A stretch of 64,000 bases of DNA from Planctomycetota bacterium. GTDB lineage: Bacteria; Planctomycetota; Planctomycetia; JALXBF01. The notes beneath the pieces were generated by a model. It saw only the letters and a program-made list of their open reading frames with translations, ran no database searches and was not told the origin of the DNA. The stretch's first letter is position 1; each line of letters begins with the position of its first letter. Positions 1-9,562 of this stretch are shown here, piece after piece. Made by a program: the position numbers and the translations under genes. The stretch is taken from contig JALXBF010000118.1 of assembly GCA_026991575.1 (NCBI GenBank), forward strand, positions 1 through 64,000. The letters run 5' to 3'.

Positions 1-150
1 TCCCCAGCCAGTAGCCCGTCGCCGCCACGATTCAAAGCGTTGGGTTGCTGAGCGAACCGCAGACCGGACGATGCGCCGGACTAGCCTGGTCGGCCATGAG
101 CCCCCCGTGGGTTTTGCCCTGCGGGGGCAGGCATCGTGCCAAGATGGCGA

Positions 151-675
151 TCAGGTCAGCACGAGCTGGTTGAGGCGAGCCGGAGCAAGCACGGTGGCAT
201 GTGGGTGGCGTTCCTGCCAGAGCCGCAGCGTCTTCTCGTACATCAGTTGAGCGTACTCCAGCAGCGTTTCCCGGTTCGGTGCTCGTAACCGAAGTGTGAT
301 GTCCTGTTCGTACTGCCGCAGCACCTGGCCTTTTTCCTCGTAGGTCCCCACGACTTTCAGATGCAACGTCCAGCGGAACGGCGGCAGGAACGGCTCTTTG
401 ATGTACAGGCTGCACTCCACACGTAGCGAGCTTCGTGGCTTGGTCATATGTTGTGCGATGGCCCAGCCTGCGCCCACGAGGACTGCCGCTGCAGCTGCCG
501 TAATCGTCAGTGTCAGGGCGGTCGTCCCGAAGTGCCACAGGATCACACTGGGAACGGCAAGCAGCACGATGAGCACGATCAGCAGCACCGACCACGTCCG
601 CCACCGCACCGCGGCCCACATCCGGGAGAACAGACGCCGACTCTTGTGCAGAAGCAACCCTAGCCCAAACATCAC
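151..675 (-). CDS. Hypothetical membrane protein (two N-terminal TM helices)
   Basis: 174-aa ORF with hydrophobic stretches WSVLLIVLIVLLAVPSVILW and LTITAAAAAVLVGAGWAIA, then a soluble domain; no family recognised. Confidence 0.55.
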   Translation of the reverse strand: MMFGLGLLLHKSRRLFSRMWAAVRWRTWSVLLIVLIVLLAVPSVILWHFGTTALTLTITAAAAAVLVGAGWAIAQHMTKPRSSLRVECSLYIKEPFLPPFRWTLHLKVVGTYEEKGQVLRQYEQDITLRLRAPNRETLLEYAQLMYEKTLRLWQERHPHATVLAPARLNQLVLT

Positions 676-854
676 GTGCTCCGCGCGCTCGATGCTACGA
701 CGGAACCGTACCTTATGATCTTATCGCTGCCGGTGCAGCTGGCCGCAGGATCGGGGGGCCCGCGGTTCGTTGTCCACACCCGACGGTGACGGAAGAATAC
801 TGCGTGCTGTACAGGTTCCTTCGGCACGGTCCCAAGCGAGACGAGGCGTGCGCG

Positions 855-2072
855 ATGAAATTGACACCTTGGCAGGAACTGACTCGGGAACTGCACCAGC
901 CGGCTCCGACGAAGATCATCCTGTTTGTGGCGGACGGACTGGGTGGACTGCCGCTGGAGCCGGATGGCAAGACGGAGTTGGAGACAGCTCGGACCCCGAA
1001 CCTGGATCATCTGGCGGCACAGGGGGTGACCGGTCTAAGTCAGCCTGTAGGACCGGGGATCACGCCGGGCAGTGGGCCGGGGCACATGGCGCTGTTCGGC
1101 TACGATCCGATCGCGAACGAGATCGGCCGCGGGGTGCTGGAGGCGCTGGGGATCGATTTCCCGCTGGAGCGGAGCGATGTGGCGGCGCGGGGCAATTTCT
1201 GCACGGTCGATGAGGCCGGACGAGTGGTCGATCGGCGAGCGGGTCGCATTCCGACGGAGAAGTGCATCGAGCTGTGCCGCTTGCTGCAGGAGAACGTGCG
1301 TGTCGATGAGGCGGAGGTCTTCGTGGCTCCCGTGCGCGAACACCGGTTCGTGCTGGTGATCCGAGGTGAGAATCTCGGTGATCATGTCAGCGACACGGAC
1401 CCGCAGCGAACGGGTGCCGAACCGCTGGATCCGATCGCTGAAGACCCTGCCTCGGAACGTACTGCTCAGATCGTAGCCCGGTTCGTAGCTCAGGCCAAGG
1501 AGCTGCTCAAGGACCACCATCCGGCCAACATGCTCCTGTTGCGCGGCTTTTCCAAGCATCCGGACCTGCCGACGATGACTGAAATCTACGGCCTGCACGC
1601 CGTGGCGCTGGCCGTGTACCCGATGTACCGCGGACTGGCCAAGCTGGTGGGGATGCGCGTGGCCAATGCCGGGAAGTCGCTGGCGGACCAGGTCGCGGCA
1701 CTGAAGCGCGAGTGGGAACAGGGGGATTTCTTCTTCATCCATTACAAGTACACCGACTCGACGGGTGAGGACGGAGATTTTCGGGCCAAGGTCCAACGGA
1801 TCGAAGAGGTGGACGCCGTGATTCCGGAGATCATGGCGTTGAATCCTGACGTGTTCATCTTCACGGGTGACCACTCCACGCCCAGCTTGCTGCGCAGTCA
1901 TAGCTGGCATCCGGTGCCGGTGCTGTTGGTTGCAAAGAGCTGCCGTCCGGATGAGGTGCGTGAATTCGGTGAGCGTGCGTGTGCTCGCGGCGGGCTGGGC
2001 CTGATTCCAGCATGCCAGTTGTTGCCATTGGCTCTGGCGCACGCCGGTCGGCTGCGCAAGTTCGGTGCATGA
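855..2072 (+). CDS. apgM: 2,3-bisphosphoglycerate-independent phosphoglycerate mutase (ApgM type, alkaline phosphatase superfamily)
   Basis: Motifs IILFVADGLGG, KTELETARTPNLD, ITPGSGPGHMALFGYDP, GRGVLEALG, TGDHSTP, HSWHPVP; start placed at ATG 855. Confidence 0.9.
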   Translation: MKLTPWQELTRELHQPAPTKIILFVADGLGGLPLEPDGKTELETARTPNLDHLAAQGVTGLSQPVGPGITPGSGPGHMALFGYDPIANEIGRGVLEALGIDFPLERSDVAARGNFCTVDEAGRVVDRRAGRIPTEKCIELCRLLQENVRVDEAEVFVAPVREHRFVLVIRGENLGDHVSDTDPQRTGAEPLDPIAEDPASERTAQIVARFVAQAKELLKDHHPANMLLLRGFSKHPDLPTMTEIYGLHAVALAVYPMYRGLAKLVGMRVANAGKSLADQVAALKREWEQGDFFFIHYKYTDSTGEDGDFRAKVQRIEEVDAVIPEIMALNPDVFIFTGDHSTPSLLRSHSWHPVPVLLVAKSCRPDEVREFGERACARGGLGLIPACQLLPLALAHAGRLRKFGA

Positions 2073-2370
2073 CGGGCAAGGGAGCAGACGCTTCAGCGAT
2101 TGGTTCCGTGGCAAGATAGGAAAACTTTGCTGCCTGTCGCAGGTGGACCGATTGCCCGAGCGGTGGTGGTGGGCGCGGCTGAGATCGGCTGACGTGCTAC
2201 GCTGCAGGCAATCGATACAAACGATGGGTTCAGTCCCACCGACGAACGCTGTGCCTGCGATTTCCGACTCACCACACGCCGACCTCTGGGGGAGAAGGCC
2301 CGCTGCGGAGGTGCAGGCAGCAGACCCCAGGGCACGCCAAGAATCAGCCTTGTGCGAGGAGGGACCATTC

Positions 2371-3051
2371 ATGAAATGGTGGACGAAAGGATTCGCAGCG
2401 GCGCTGCTGGCGAGTTGCGCGCTGGTGGTGGCCGACAGCTCGATGCAGCGTACGCTTGTTGCGGCCGAAACTGAAGCGGTGACGAATCAGCAGATCGCGG
2501 AACGGATCGCGACGGCAATCGCTTCGGCCCCGGAGCTGGCCGGCTACGACATCGACATCGAGTATGTCAGGGGCGTGTGCACGCTGCGCGGGACCGTCAG
2601 CCGTCCCGAGGACGTGCAGAAGGTGGTTGCCATCGTCAAGAAGCTGAACGTCGCCAAGAAGATCGTGACCGACCTGAGCGTTCGGGACCGGAGTGTGAAG
2701 CCGGCTGCGTACCGGCCGAACGCTGCGGTCGTGCCGGCCGCCATGATGGCTGGTGAGGCGAAATCGGAGATCCTGGCTCCTCCAGCGCCTGAGTATCGCT
2801 TCCGTGGCCGCGCCAGCCAGTATGAGCAGCCCTATCGGCCGCCTTTCGCCTGGCCGCTGGGGGCGCCCTACCCGAACTACTCGGCCGTCCAGTATCCGCG
2901 TCTGCTACACGGCTGCGAGTTCCCGTACATCGGGCCGTTCTATCCGTTCCCCGAACCGCCGCTCGGCTGGCGCAAGGTGACGCTCACCTGGCATGACGGT
3001 TTCTGGATGGTGAAGTTCGGCGTGGCGCCGTTTGGCCGCTACCACTACTAA
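2371..3051 (+). CDS. Secreted BON-domain protein with Pro/Tyr-rich C-terminus
   Basis: RBS GAGGAGGG before ATG 2371; signal peptide; BON pattern (NQQIAERIATAI...IDIEYVRGVCTLRGTV); tail YIGPFYPFPEPPLGWRKVTLTWHDGFW resembles planctomycete BON proteins. Confidence 0.8.
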   Translation: MKWWTKGFAAALLASCALVVADSSMQRTLVAAETEAVTNQQIAERIATAIASAPELAGYDIDIEYVRGVCTLRGTVSRPEDVQKVVAIVKKLNVAKKIVTDLSVRDRSVKPAAYRPNAAVVPAAMMAGEAKSEILAPPAPEYRFRGRASQYEQPYRPPFAWPLGAPYPNYSAVQYPRLLHGCEFPYIGPFYPFPEPPLGWRKVTLTWHDGFWMVKFGVAPFGRYHY

Positions 3052-3088
3052 CGGCACCCTAGCCGGATCCGCGAAGGACGACGACGAG

Positions 3089-3115
3089 ATGCGGGGGCTT
3101 CCACGGCCCCCGCAT
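3089..3115. terminator. Stem-loop after the BON gene, possible terminator
   Basis: ATGCGGGGGC/GCCCCCGCAT 10-bp inverted repeat about 40 nt after the stop; weak U-tract. Confidence 0.5.
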
Positions 3116-3633
3116 TGCGTGCGCGCCGGCTAGGAGCCGGGCCAGACCAGTTTGCTTCCTACCCGGTGCAGTGCGGCCGGATCGCGTGCGGCCGCGTGTA
3201 CCGGCCTGGTCGAGCGGCGCTGAGGCGGCGTGTCTGGCTCTATCGGAACCATCGTGGCCGTGTTGCCGAGCCGAGGGCCAGGCACGGCGCGCGGGTGCGC
3301 AACCCGCCGGTGACCACCTCGCGGGGCCGATGTGGGCACCGGTGTCGGCACGGCGATTGTGGGCTGCACGGCCTGCTGCTACGCACAATTCGGTCTACCA
3401 CTACTGCCAGCTTGGTCGCTGAAGTACGAAAATCCGCTAAGCAACGCATGGACGTGAGCCGATAGAGAATGGCAGAGAAAGGGACCGGTGACGCGTGGAT
3501 CGGTCCCGGCGCAGCCCTCCCGCTGCTGCGGGAGGCCCGGTACAGAAGCGGACGGAAGCACCAACCTTCATGCACGCTCCCTTTTAGAGAGAAGCCTCGC
3601 AGCGCGGGGGGACGTCTCGCACGGAGGAGAGAA

Positions 3634-4248
3634 ATGCGGCTTTCCAGGTGGACGCAAGCATTCGGGGGGCTGATCCTTACCCTGACCTTGTTGCCCGGCT
3701 GTCTTGCGCTGGAGAGGTGGGAGTTCAGCGAAATCCCCATCAGTGCCCTCGTGCCAACTCTGGCTCCAATTGCGGCCGAAGGCGGCGCTGGCTACTGGCC
3801 TGTGCCGGTGAGCCCAGCACTTTCGGACGACATCGAACGGCTGATCGACAAGCACGAGAAAGAGGGGGTGCCGGTCCTGGACCCGATCGAGAATCACAAT
3901 GCCCCGATCTTCTGCATGGATCCGCCGTCGGAGAAGGACATCTACGACGCTCTGCCGCCGATTCCGCACGGCATTCCGTTCATTGTCGAGGTGCAGCGCA
4001 ACAACGTCCGGATGACGGTTGAGAAGCTGGTCGATCAGGTGGATGAACCTCGGTTCTACCCGCTGATTGGGCCGGCCCAGGTGCACCACTGCCACTTCAA
4101 GTGCACGGTCTGGTACGACGAGACAATCTACAGTGCTTGGCCCATTCCGTTCAGCTACACGGACCACAAGCAGGAGGTGGTCTACATCGACAAGGACCAT
4201 TTCCATCGCGTGGGCAATCCTGGACGACTGACCGCCGCCGGGCGCTAG
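3634..4248 (+). CDS. Conserved hypothetical lipoprotein, planctomycete type
   Basis: RBS GGAGGAG; lipobox LLPGC; blocks DPPSEKDI...NVRMTVEKLVD...PRFYPLIGPAQVHHCHFKCTVWY...EVVYIDKDHFH recalled from planctomycete proteins. Confidence 0.75.
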   Translation: MRLSRWTQAFGGLILTLTLLPGCLALERWEFSEIPISALVPTLAPIAAEGGAGYWPVPVSPALSDDIERLIDKHEKEGVPVLDPIENHNAPIFCMDPPSEKDIYDALPPIPHGIPFIVEVQRNNVRMTVEKLVDQVDEPRFYPLIGPAQVHHCHFKCTVWYDETIYSAWPIPFSYTDHKQEVVYIDKDHFHRVGNPGRLTAAGR

Positions 4249-4366
4249 TGGTCAGCGGTGCGAGTCTGCTCGCTACCGGCCTCCACCCCTCTAGCACCGG
4301 GACTTCGCCAGACGCGTGCGGCTTTGCCCGAGCCGCACGCGTCTTTTCTTCGCCCAGCTGCCTGCG

Positions 4367-5482
4367 TCACTGCTGCTGGGCCACTTCGACGACGGGAGGG
4401 AACGCATAATCGGCGTACCGCGCCGCGGCGGCGACCATCTCTGCGTTGCCGCTGTGGATGCACAGCCGCACACAGAACCGCACCGACTCGCCGGCTGCGA
4501 GTTTCCGCCAGGGAACACCGGCTGGGCCTACCGCTCCCACGGCCAACACGCCTTCCTCCGACAGGAACCATCGCTCGCCGGCGTAGGCACCCGGCGGCAG
4601 AAACACGCTCAGGCCGACCCATCGGCCCCCGGACAGTCCCGACAAGTCCAGCCACGGGGTTGGGTATGGAAGCTGCTCCGCCGTGGTCGCCGCGCCCAGG
4701 CCGCTGTGCAGTCGGGCGCGATGAGCGGGCCACAGAGGGGGAGCGAGCTGGATGTTCACCAGCCCACGGCGCGGATGGTGATACAGTGTTGTGGGACCTT
4801 TGTTGGCCAGAAGCGTGACGGACAGTTCCAAGAGCCACCAGCGGGCCGAGGCGGCATAGATTCGGTAGGTGGTCGTGAGGCGAACGGAGCCGGCGGCCTG
4901 CCATTGTTGATCGAGCCGCAACATGGCGAAGACCGGCCCGTTCTGCCACTGCACCGGACCAAGCATCTCGACGTTTGCCTCCTGTTGCTCTGCCACGACG
5001 GGTGCTGCCGTCCAGAGGCCGGTCGGTCGGGCAACCCCTTCGGCGTCAAGCAGTTCGCCGGGAGCTGGCGTGGCGGTGACCGTGTGACCCGTCGGTGCAC
5101 GCACGGGTGTCCAGAACGGGCAGAGCCAGCCGCGCTCGAGGCGGAGCACCGCGAGCTGCCGCTGCTGCGTCAGGACATGAAGCCGGTGCGGTCCCAGCCG
5201 CTCCACGCGGACGCGGGACTTTGGACGCCGCTGCCTGCCTCCCCGCGTTAGGATGTACGTGGCTGTCGCGCCGGCTTTGAGCCGCTCGACAATCCAGGTG
5301 GCGTAGTTGCGGTGGCCGTCAGACCAAAGCTGGCAGGGTGGCGGGCGCCGCGCCCGCTCCCGGTGAAGCTGTACCAGGCTGTCGGCTGGCCAGGGCACGG
5401 GCAGCGTGACGGGGCAATACTCACGAGAACGTGGGCCGGCATAAACGCGAATCACCAATTGCTCGACGTCGGCTTCCGGCAC
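4367..5482 (-). CDS. Hypothetical protein, possibly a distant DUF6807/PmoA-like family member
   Basis: Long ORF; GTG 5482 with GGAG; PFWTPVRAPTGHTVT...GLW and final VRLCIHSG resemble DUF6807 proteins. Confidence 0.5.
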   Translation of the reverse strand: MPEADVEQLVIRVYAGPRSREYCPVTLPVPWPADSLVQLHRERARRPPPCQLWSDGHRNYATWIVERLKAGATATYILTRGGRQRRPKSRVRVERLGPHRLHVLTQQRQLAVLRLERGWLCPFWTPVRAPTGHTVTATPAPGELLDAEGVARPTGLWTAAPVVAEQQEANVEMLGPVQWQNGPVFAMLRLDQQWQAAGSVRLTTTYRIYAASARWWLLELSVTLLANKGPTTLYHHPRRGLVNIQLAPPLWPAHRARLHSGLGAATTAEQLPYPTPWLDLSGLSGGRWVGLSVFLPPGAYAGERWFLSEEGVLAVGAVGPAGVPWRKLAAGESVRFCVRLCIHSGNAEMVAAAARYADYAFPPVVEVAQQQ

Positions 5483-5709
5483 GATCCGATGCTCCGTGAG
5501 CTGACCGGTCCACCGTTGCCCGATTGTCCCATCCTGGCCGCTTGCTGGCCGGCACACCGTTCGGAGCACAACGGAGCGTCGTGCAGCGCCGACAGAGGAT
5601 GCACGCAGACAGCCGCCGCCGGCGACGCTGCTGCCCGTGACAAGTCGGCCAGCGAGGATTGTTGTGGAGAGCTTTCGGTGCGTCAACTACGGTAACAGGC
5701 GCGGTCGTG

Positions 5710-7422
5710 ATGGAACCGGAACGGGAGCAGGCTTCAGAGCCCACGCCGAAACGGATCGGCCACTACCTTCTCCGAGAACTCATCGGCACCGGGGGCATGG
5801 GGAAGGTCTACCGCGCGCACGACCCCGTGCACGACCGGGACGTGGCCATCAAGCTGCTTGCGCCCTCCTTGGCTGCTGACCCCAACTCTGTGCGCCGCTT
5901 TGAGCGGGAGATCGAAGTCCTGAAGCGGCTCGATCATCCCAACATCGTCCGGTTGCTTGATTCGGGCAGGCACGGGGGAGTGCCGTACTTCGTGATGGAA
6001 TACGTGGATGGCCAGTCGCTGACCAAGCTCATGCGCCGCCTTGGGCGCGTTCCGTGGCGTCAGGCGGTGCACTGGGCGATCCAGATCTGCGAAGCACTGG
6101 CACACGCCCATGCTCGGCAAGTTATTCACCGCGATCTCAAACCGGGCAACGTGCTGATTGCCCCCGACGGGTGCGTGAAGCTGACCGACTTCGGTGTTGC
6201 CCGGCTCTTCGGTACGGCCACGCTCACAACCGCCGGCAACGTTGTCGGCACGGTCGAGTACATGAGCCCGGAGCAGGCTGCCGGCAAGCGGGCTGATGCC
6301 CGCTCAGACCTGTACAGCCTCGGCGTGCTGCTCTACACGATGGTCACGGGCAGGACGCCGTTCCGCGGCAAGGACTACCTGGAGGTGCTGCAGAAGCACC
6401 GCTTCGGCACCTATGATCCGGCCCGAAAGCTCGTGCCCGAAATCCCGATCTGGTTGGACGACCTGATCGGTGAGCTCTTGGAGAAAGACCCGCAGCGGCG
6501 GCCGCCGAATGCCGAGACGGTGCGCCGCCGACTGAATGCCGTGCTGCGCAAGGTGGACCTACATCGGTCAGCGGAACCGCGGCCGGAACGGTCTGACACG
6601 TTCGTGCTCGAACAGGACGTGGATGACGGGGTGGTGGTCGAGCCAGAGACCGATGAGACGGCTGTGCTCATTCAACAAGCTGGCGGCCCGCGGGCGAAAG
6701 CTACCGTCGCTGGCAGCCCGACGTTGACCATGCGGCTCATGCGGGCGTTGGCCGGTTCGGACGAACGGCCCATCGAACGCCGGCGCAGGCTGTTCGGCCG
6801 GCTCCTGTTGGTGATGGCGGTGGTGATGGTGGTCTATGGCGGCTACCGCTACTGGATGCATGCTGCTGATCCTGGCTATCAGTGGCAGCGGCTTCGGCAG
6901 CGCATCTCGGAGCATCGGGAGGGGGACTTGGCGGTGTTGATTCCCGAACTGCGCAGCTTCGTCGAGCGGTTTGCGGGCACGCCTGAGGCGGAGCAGGCCG
7001 AGGAGGCTTTGGTGCAGCTGGAATTGCGCCGCCGACGGCGTCAACTGCTGCGCTCGCCACTGGTGCGCGCTCTGCGGCCCAGCGGTACGCCGGCGAGCAG
7101 GGCGGAAGAGCAGTACCTGGCAGCCTTGCTCGTCCGGTGGCTTCAGGGCCGTGATGCGGCGCTGGCCGCGTTGGAGGAGTTGCTGGGGTCCGGTTCAGGG
7201 GGGGCGGAGGCGGAACCGGTGCTCGAGATGGCGGCTCAGGACTACATCGCGCTCAGCGTCGAGAAGATCCAGCTTCTTCGCCGCGAGGGGCGAGAGGAGG
7301 AGGCCAACGAGTTGCTGCGCCGGCTCCTTGCACGCTTTCAGCAGCATCCGTCGCCCCGGGTGCGCCGTTTCCTTGCGCAACTTCTCACCAGGACCGGCCT
7401 GCACGGCGAGCTGCGTCGTTGA
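5710..7422 (+). CDS. Membrane-anchored Hanks-type Ser/Thr protein kinase
   Basis: IGTGGMGKVY, VAIK, HRDLKPGN, DFG, GTVEYMSPE, SDLYSLG; TM LLLVMAVVMVVYGGY; helical extracytoplasmic C-terminus. Confidence 0.95.
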   Translation: MEPEREQASEPTPKRIGHYLLRELIGTGGMGKVYRAHDPVHDRDVAIKLLAPSLAADPNSVRRFEREIEVLKRLDHPNIVRLLDSGRHGGVPYFVMEYVDGQSLTKLMRRLGRVPWRQAVHWAIQICEALAHAHARQVIHRDLKPGNVLIAPDGCVKLTDFGVARLFGTATLTTAGNVVGTVEYMSPEQAAGKRADARSDLYSLGVLLYTMVTGRTPFRGKDYLEVLQKHRFGTYDPARKLVPEIPIWLDDLIGELLEKDPQRRPPNAETVRRRLNAVLRKVDLHRSAEPRPERSDTFVLEQDVDDGVVVEPETDETAVLIQQAGGPRAKATVAGSPTLTMRLMRALAGSDERPIERRRRLFGRLLLVMAVVMVVYGGYRYWMHAADPGYQWQRLRQRISEHREGDLAVLIPELRSFVERFAGTPEAEQAEEALVQLELRRRRRQLLRSPLVRALRPSGTPASRAEEQYLAALLVRWLQGRDAALAALEELLGSGSGGAEAEPVLEMAAQDYIALSVEKIQLLRREGREEEANELLRRLLARFQQHPSPRVRRFLAQLLTRTGLHGELRR

Positions 7423-8329
7423 GTTCGGCCACCATTTGCTCCGTTGCCTGCCGCACCCCATCCTGCCATGGCTTGCCAACATGCTCTGCCTTCAGACCCC
7501 CCTGAAGGATTGCACGCGAGCTACTGATCAGTGCGCCGAGGCCGTCATCGCGCACGGCCACCACGACATCGTTGGCACCAGCTCCCTGAGCGCCGTAACC
7601 CGGGACCAGGAACCAAGCGTTCGGCATCCGCCGGCGGAGCAACTGCAGCGCTTCCGGCGCGGTGCCGGCCACCACGGCACCGACGGAACCCAACCCGCAG
7701 ACGCCCCTCGTTTCTTCGGCCCAGGCCTGCACCCAGTCCGCAACCAGCGCGGCAACGGTCCGCCCATCCGACAGTGCCGCTTCCTGCAAGGTCGCCGCGC
7801 CGGGATTGCTCGTGCGCACCAGAACGAACACCCCCTTACCGCCGGCCCTGACATGTCGCAGGAACGGCTCGAGAGTGTCCGGCCCCAGGTATGGGCTGAC
7901 CGTCACAGCATCTGCTTGCCACGGGCCAGTGGCGCCGAGCGCGGCCTCAGCGTACGCTTCCGCCGTCGAGCCGATGTCGCCCCGCTTGGCGTCCAGGATG
8001 ACGATCAGGCCAAGCCGCTTGGCGTGCCGAATAACCGCTTGCTGAACCGCGAAGCCCTTTGGACCGAGTGCTTCGAAGAACGCCGATTGCACTTTGACGG
8101 CCGGAACCAGATCGGCCACAACGTCAAGGGTTCCAACACAGAAGGCGTGATACGCTTCGGCGAGCCGCTCACTGGTTGCATCCTCAGGCCGTCTGCCCAG
8201 TCCGAACCGCTCACGTAACTCCCTCGGCAGCAGCGACGGCCTCGGATCCAGGCCCACGATTGCGGGCGTGCCTGCCGTGCGCACGGCGGCAGCGAGCCGG
8301 TCACCGAACCGACTAACCGCTTCGGGCAT
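7385..8329 (-). CDS. pyrF: Orotidine-5'-phosphate decarboxylase (subfamily 2)
   Basis: VGLDPR, KVQSAFFE, ILDAKRGDIGST, VRTSNPG, LVPGYGAQG, SSSRAI; RBS GGAGG before ATG 8329. Confidence 0.95.
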   Translation of the reverse strand: MPEAVSRFGDRLAAAVRTAGTPAIVGLDPRPSLLPRELRERFGLGRRPEDATSERLAEAYHAFCVGTLDVVADLVPAVKVQSAFFEALGPKGFAVQQAVIRHAKRLGLIVILDAKRGDIGSTAEAYAEAALGATGPWQADAVTVSPYLGPDTLEPFLRHVRAGGKGVFVLVRTSNPGAATLQEAALSDGRTVAALVADWVQAWAEETRGVCGLGSVGAVVAGTAPEALQLLRRRMPNAWFLVPGYGAQGAGANDVVVAVRDDGLGALISSSRAILQGGLKAEHVGKPWQDGVRQATEQMVAELNDAARRAGRSW

Positions 8330-8447
8330 GGTGTCTACCTCCAGGGTTGGGGGCCCTACATTATGCGCCACCACCATCCGACGTGGGGCGGGCAACCTGT
8401 GGCACTACAATTCGGTGTGCCGCGTGGACCAGAGGAGCAGTCGATCG

Positions 8448-9560
8448 ATGAGCTGCCAGCAAGGTGCACGGGATCTTACGGAACGAGTGCTCGAGGCGAA
8501 ACGCCGGCTGGACGCGCACGTGCGCGCGATGGTGCGCTGGCATTTTGATCCCGAGACTGGGTGTCCCTTCTGGCTCGAGAAGGCTCGCGAGCTCGGGTTC
8601 GACCCGCGCGAGGAGATTCAGACCTTTGAGGATCTGACGCAGAAGTTCCCGCTCTTCGATGACGAGTGGCTGCGCGGTGGTCCGGTACGCCGGTGGGTGC
8701 CGAAAGCGTACGCCGACCGACCGATCTACGTGTTCGAGACCGGCGGCACCACCGGAACGCCGAAGATCCGAATCAACATTGAAGACTTCAAGATCGACTA
8801 CGAATGGTTCAGCACCACGTTGCCCGATGAGTACTTTCCCCCAGGGAGCGACTGGCTAATGCTCGGGCCCACCGGACCACGCCGGCTGCGGCTGGCTGTG
8901 GAACATCTTGCCCAGTACCGCGGTGGCATCTGTTTCTTCCTTGACCTGGATCCGCGCTGGGTGGTGAAGCTCATCAAGCGCGGATGGCTTGAACACCTCG
9001 AGGCATACAAGCAACACGTCATCGAGCAGGCCATCACGGCGCTGACATCCGGCCACAACATCCAGTGCATGTTCGCGACGCCGAAGCTGATTGAGGCCCT
9101 TTGCCTGGAGCTGGAGCGGCGTGGCACGACGTTACGCAAGCTTGGTGTCCGCGGGATCTTCGGGGGGGGGACTGAGTTCACGCCGCAGTGGACGCGGTTT
9201 GCTGTCGAGGAGCTGCTTGATGGTGTCTACCTTGCGCCCACTTACGGGAACACGCTCATGGGGCTGGCCCCCGCAAAACCGATCTCAGCTGAGGACGGCT
9301 ACAAGATCACGTACTACCCGCCACAGCCCCGGGCTGTCGTGCAAGTGGTCGACTTCGACGACCCGAACCGAGTGGTGGACTACGGCCAGACGGGCCGCGT
9401 GAAGCTGACCACGCTGACGAAGGAGTTTTTTATGCCGAATTTCTTGGAGCGCGACGAAGGCGAGCGTGAGCCGCCGTGCGTGCTCTACCCGTGGGACGGC
9501 GTCAGCGGCGTGCGCCCCTACCGGGGACTGGCGGCCACGACAACAGTTGGGGTCTACTGA
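8448..9560 (+). CDS. EhpF/PaaK/LuxE-like adenylate-forming (ANL-related) protein lacking the C-terminal subdomain
   Basis: WHFDPETGCPFW start, P-loop FETGGTTGTPK, TYGNT motif, terminal NFLERD; RBS GAGGAG. Confidence 0.7.
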   Translation: MSCQQGARDLTERVLEAKRRLDAHVRAMVRWHFDPETGCPFWLEKARELGFDPREEIQTFEDLTQKFPLFDDEWLRGGPVRRWVPKAYADRPIYVFETGGTTGTPKIRINIEDFKIDYEWFSTTLPDEYFPPGSDWLMLGPTGPRRLRLAVEHLAQYRGGICFFLDLDPRWVVKLIKRGWLEHLEAYKQHVIEQAITALTSGHNIQCMFATPKLIEALCLELERRGTTLRKLGVRGIFGGGTEFTPQWTRFAVEELLDGVYLAPTYGNTLMGLAPAKPISAEDGYKITYYPPQPRAVVQVVDFDDPNRVVDYGQTGRVKLTTLTKEFFMPNFLERDEGEREPPCVLYPWDGVSGVRPYRGLAATTTVGVY

Positions 9561-9562
9561 CG

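Noticed and set aside
7385..7422. Convergent 38-bp overlap of the kinase and pyrF
   Set aside because: Short tail-to-tail overlaps are common in GC-rich genomes
9162..9170. G9 tract as a phase-variation switch
   Set aside because: In frame (FGGGT) within an intact, conserved-looking enzyme; no supporting evidence
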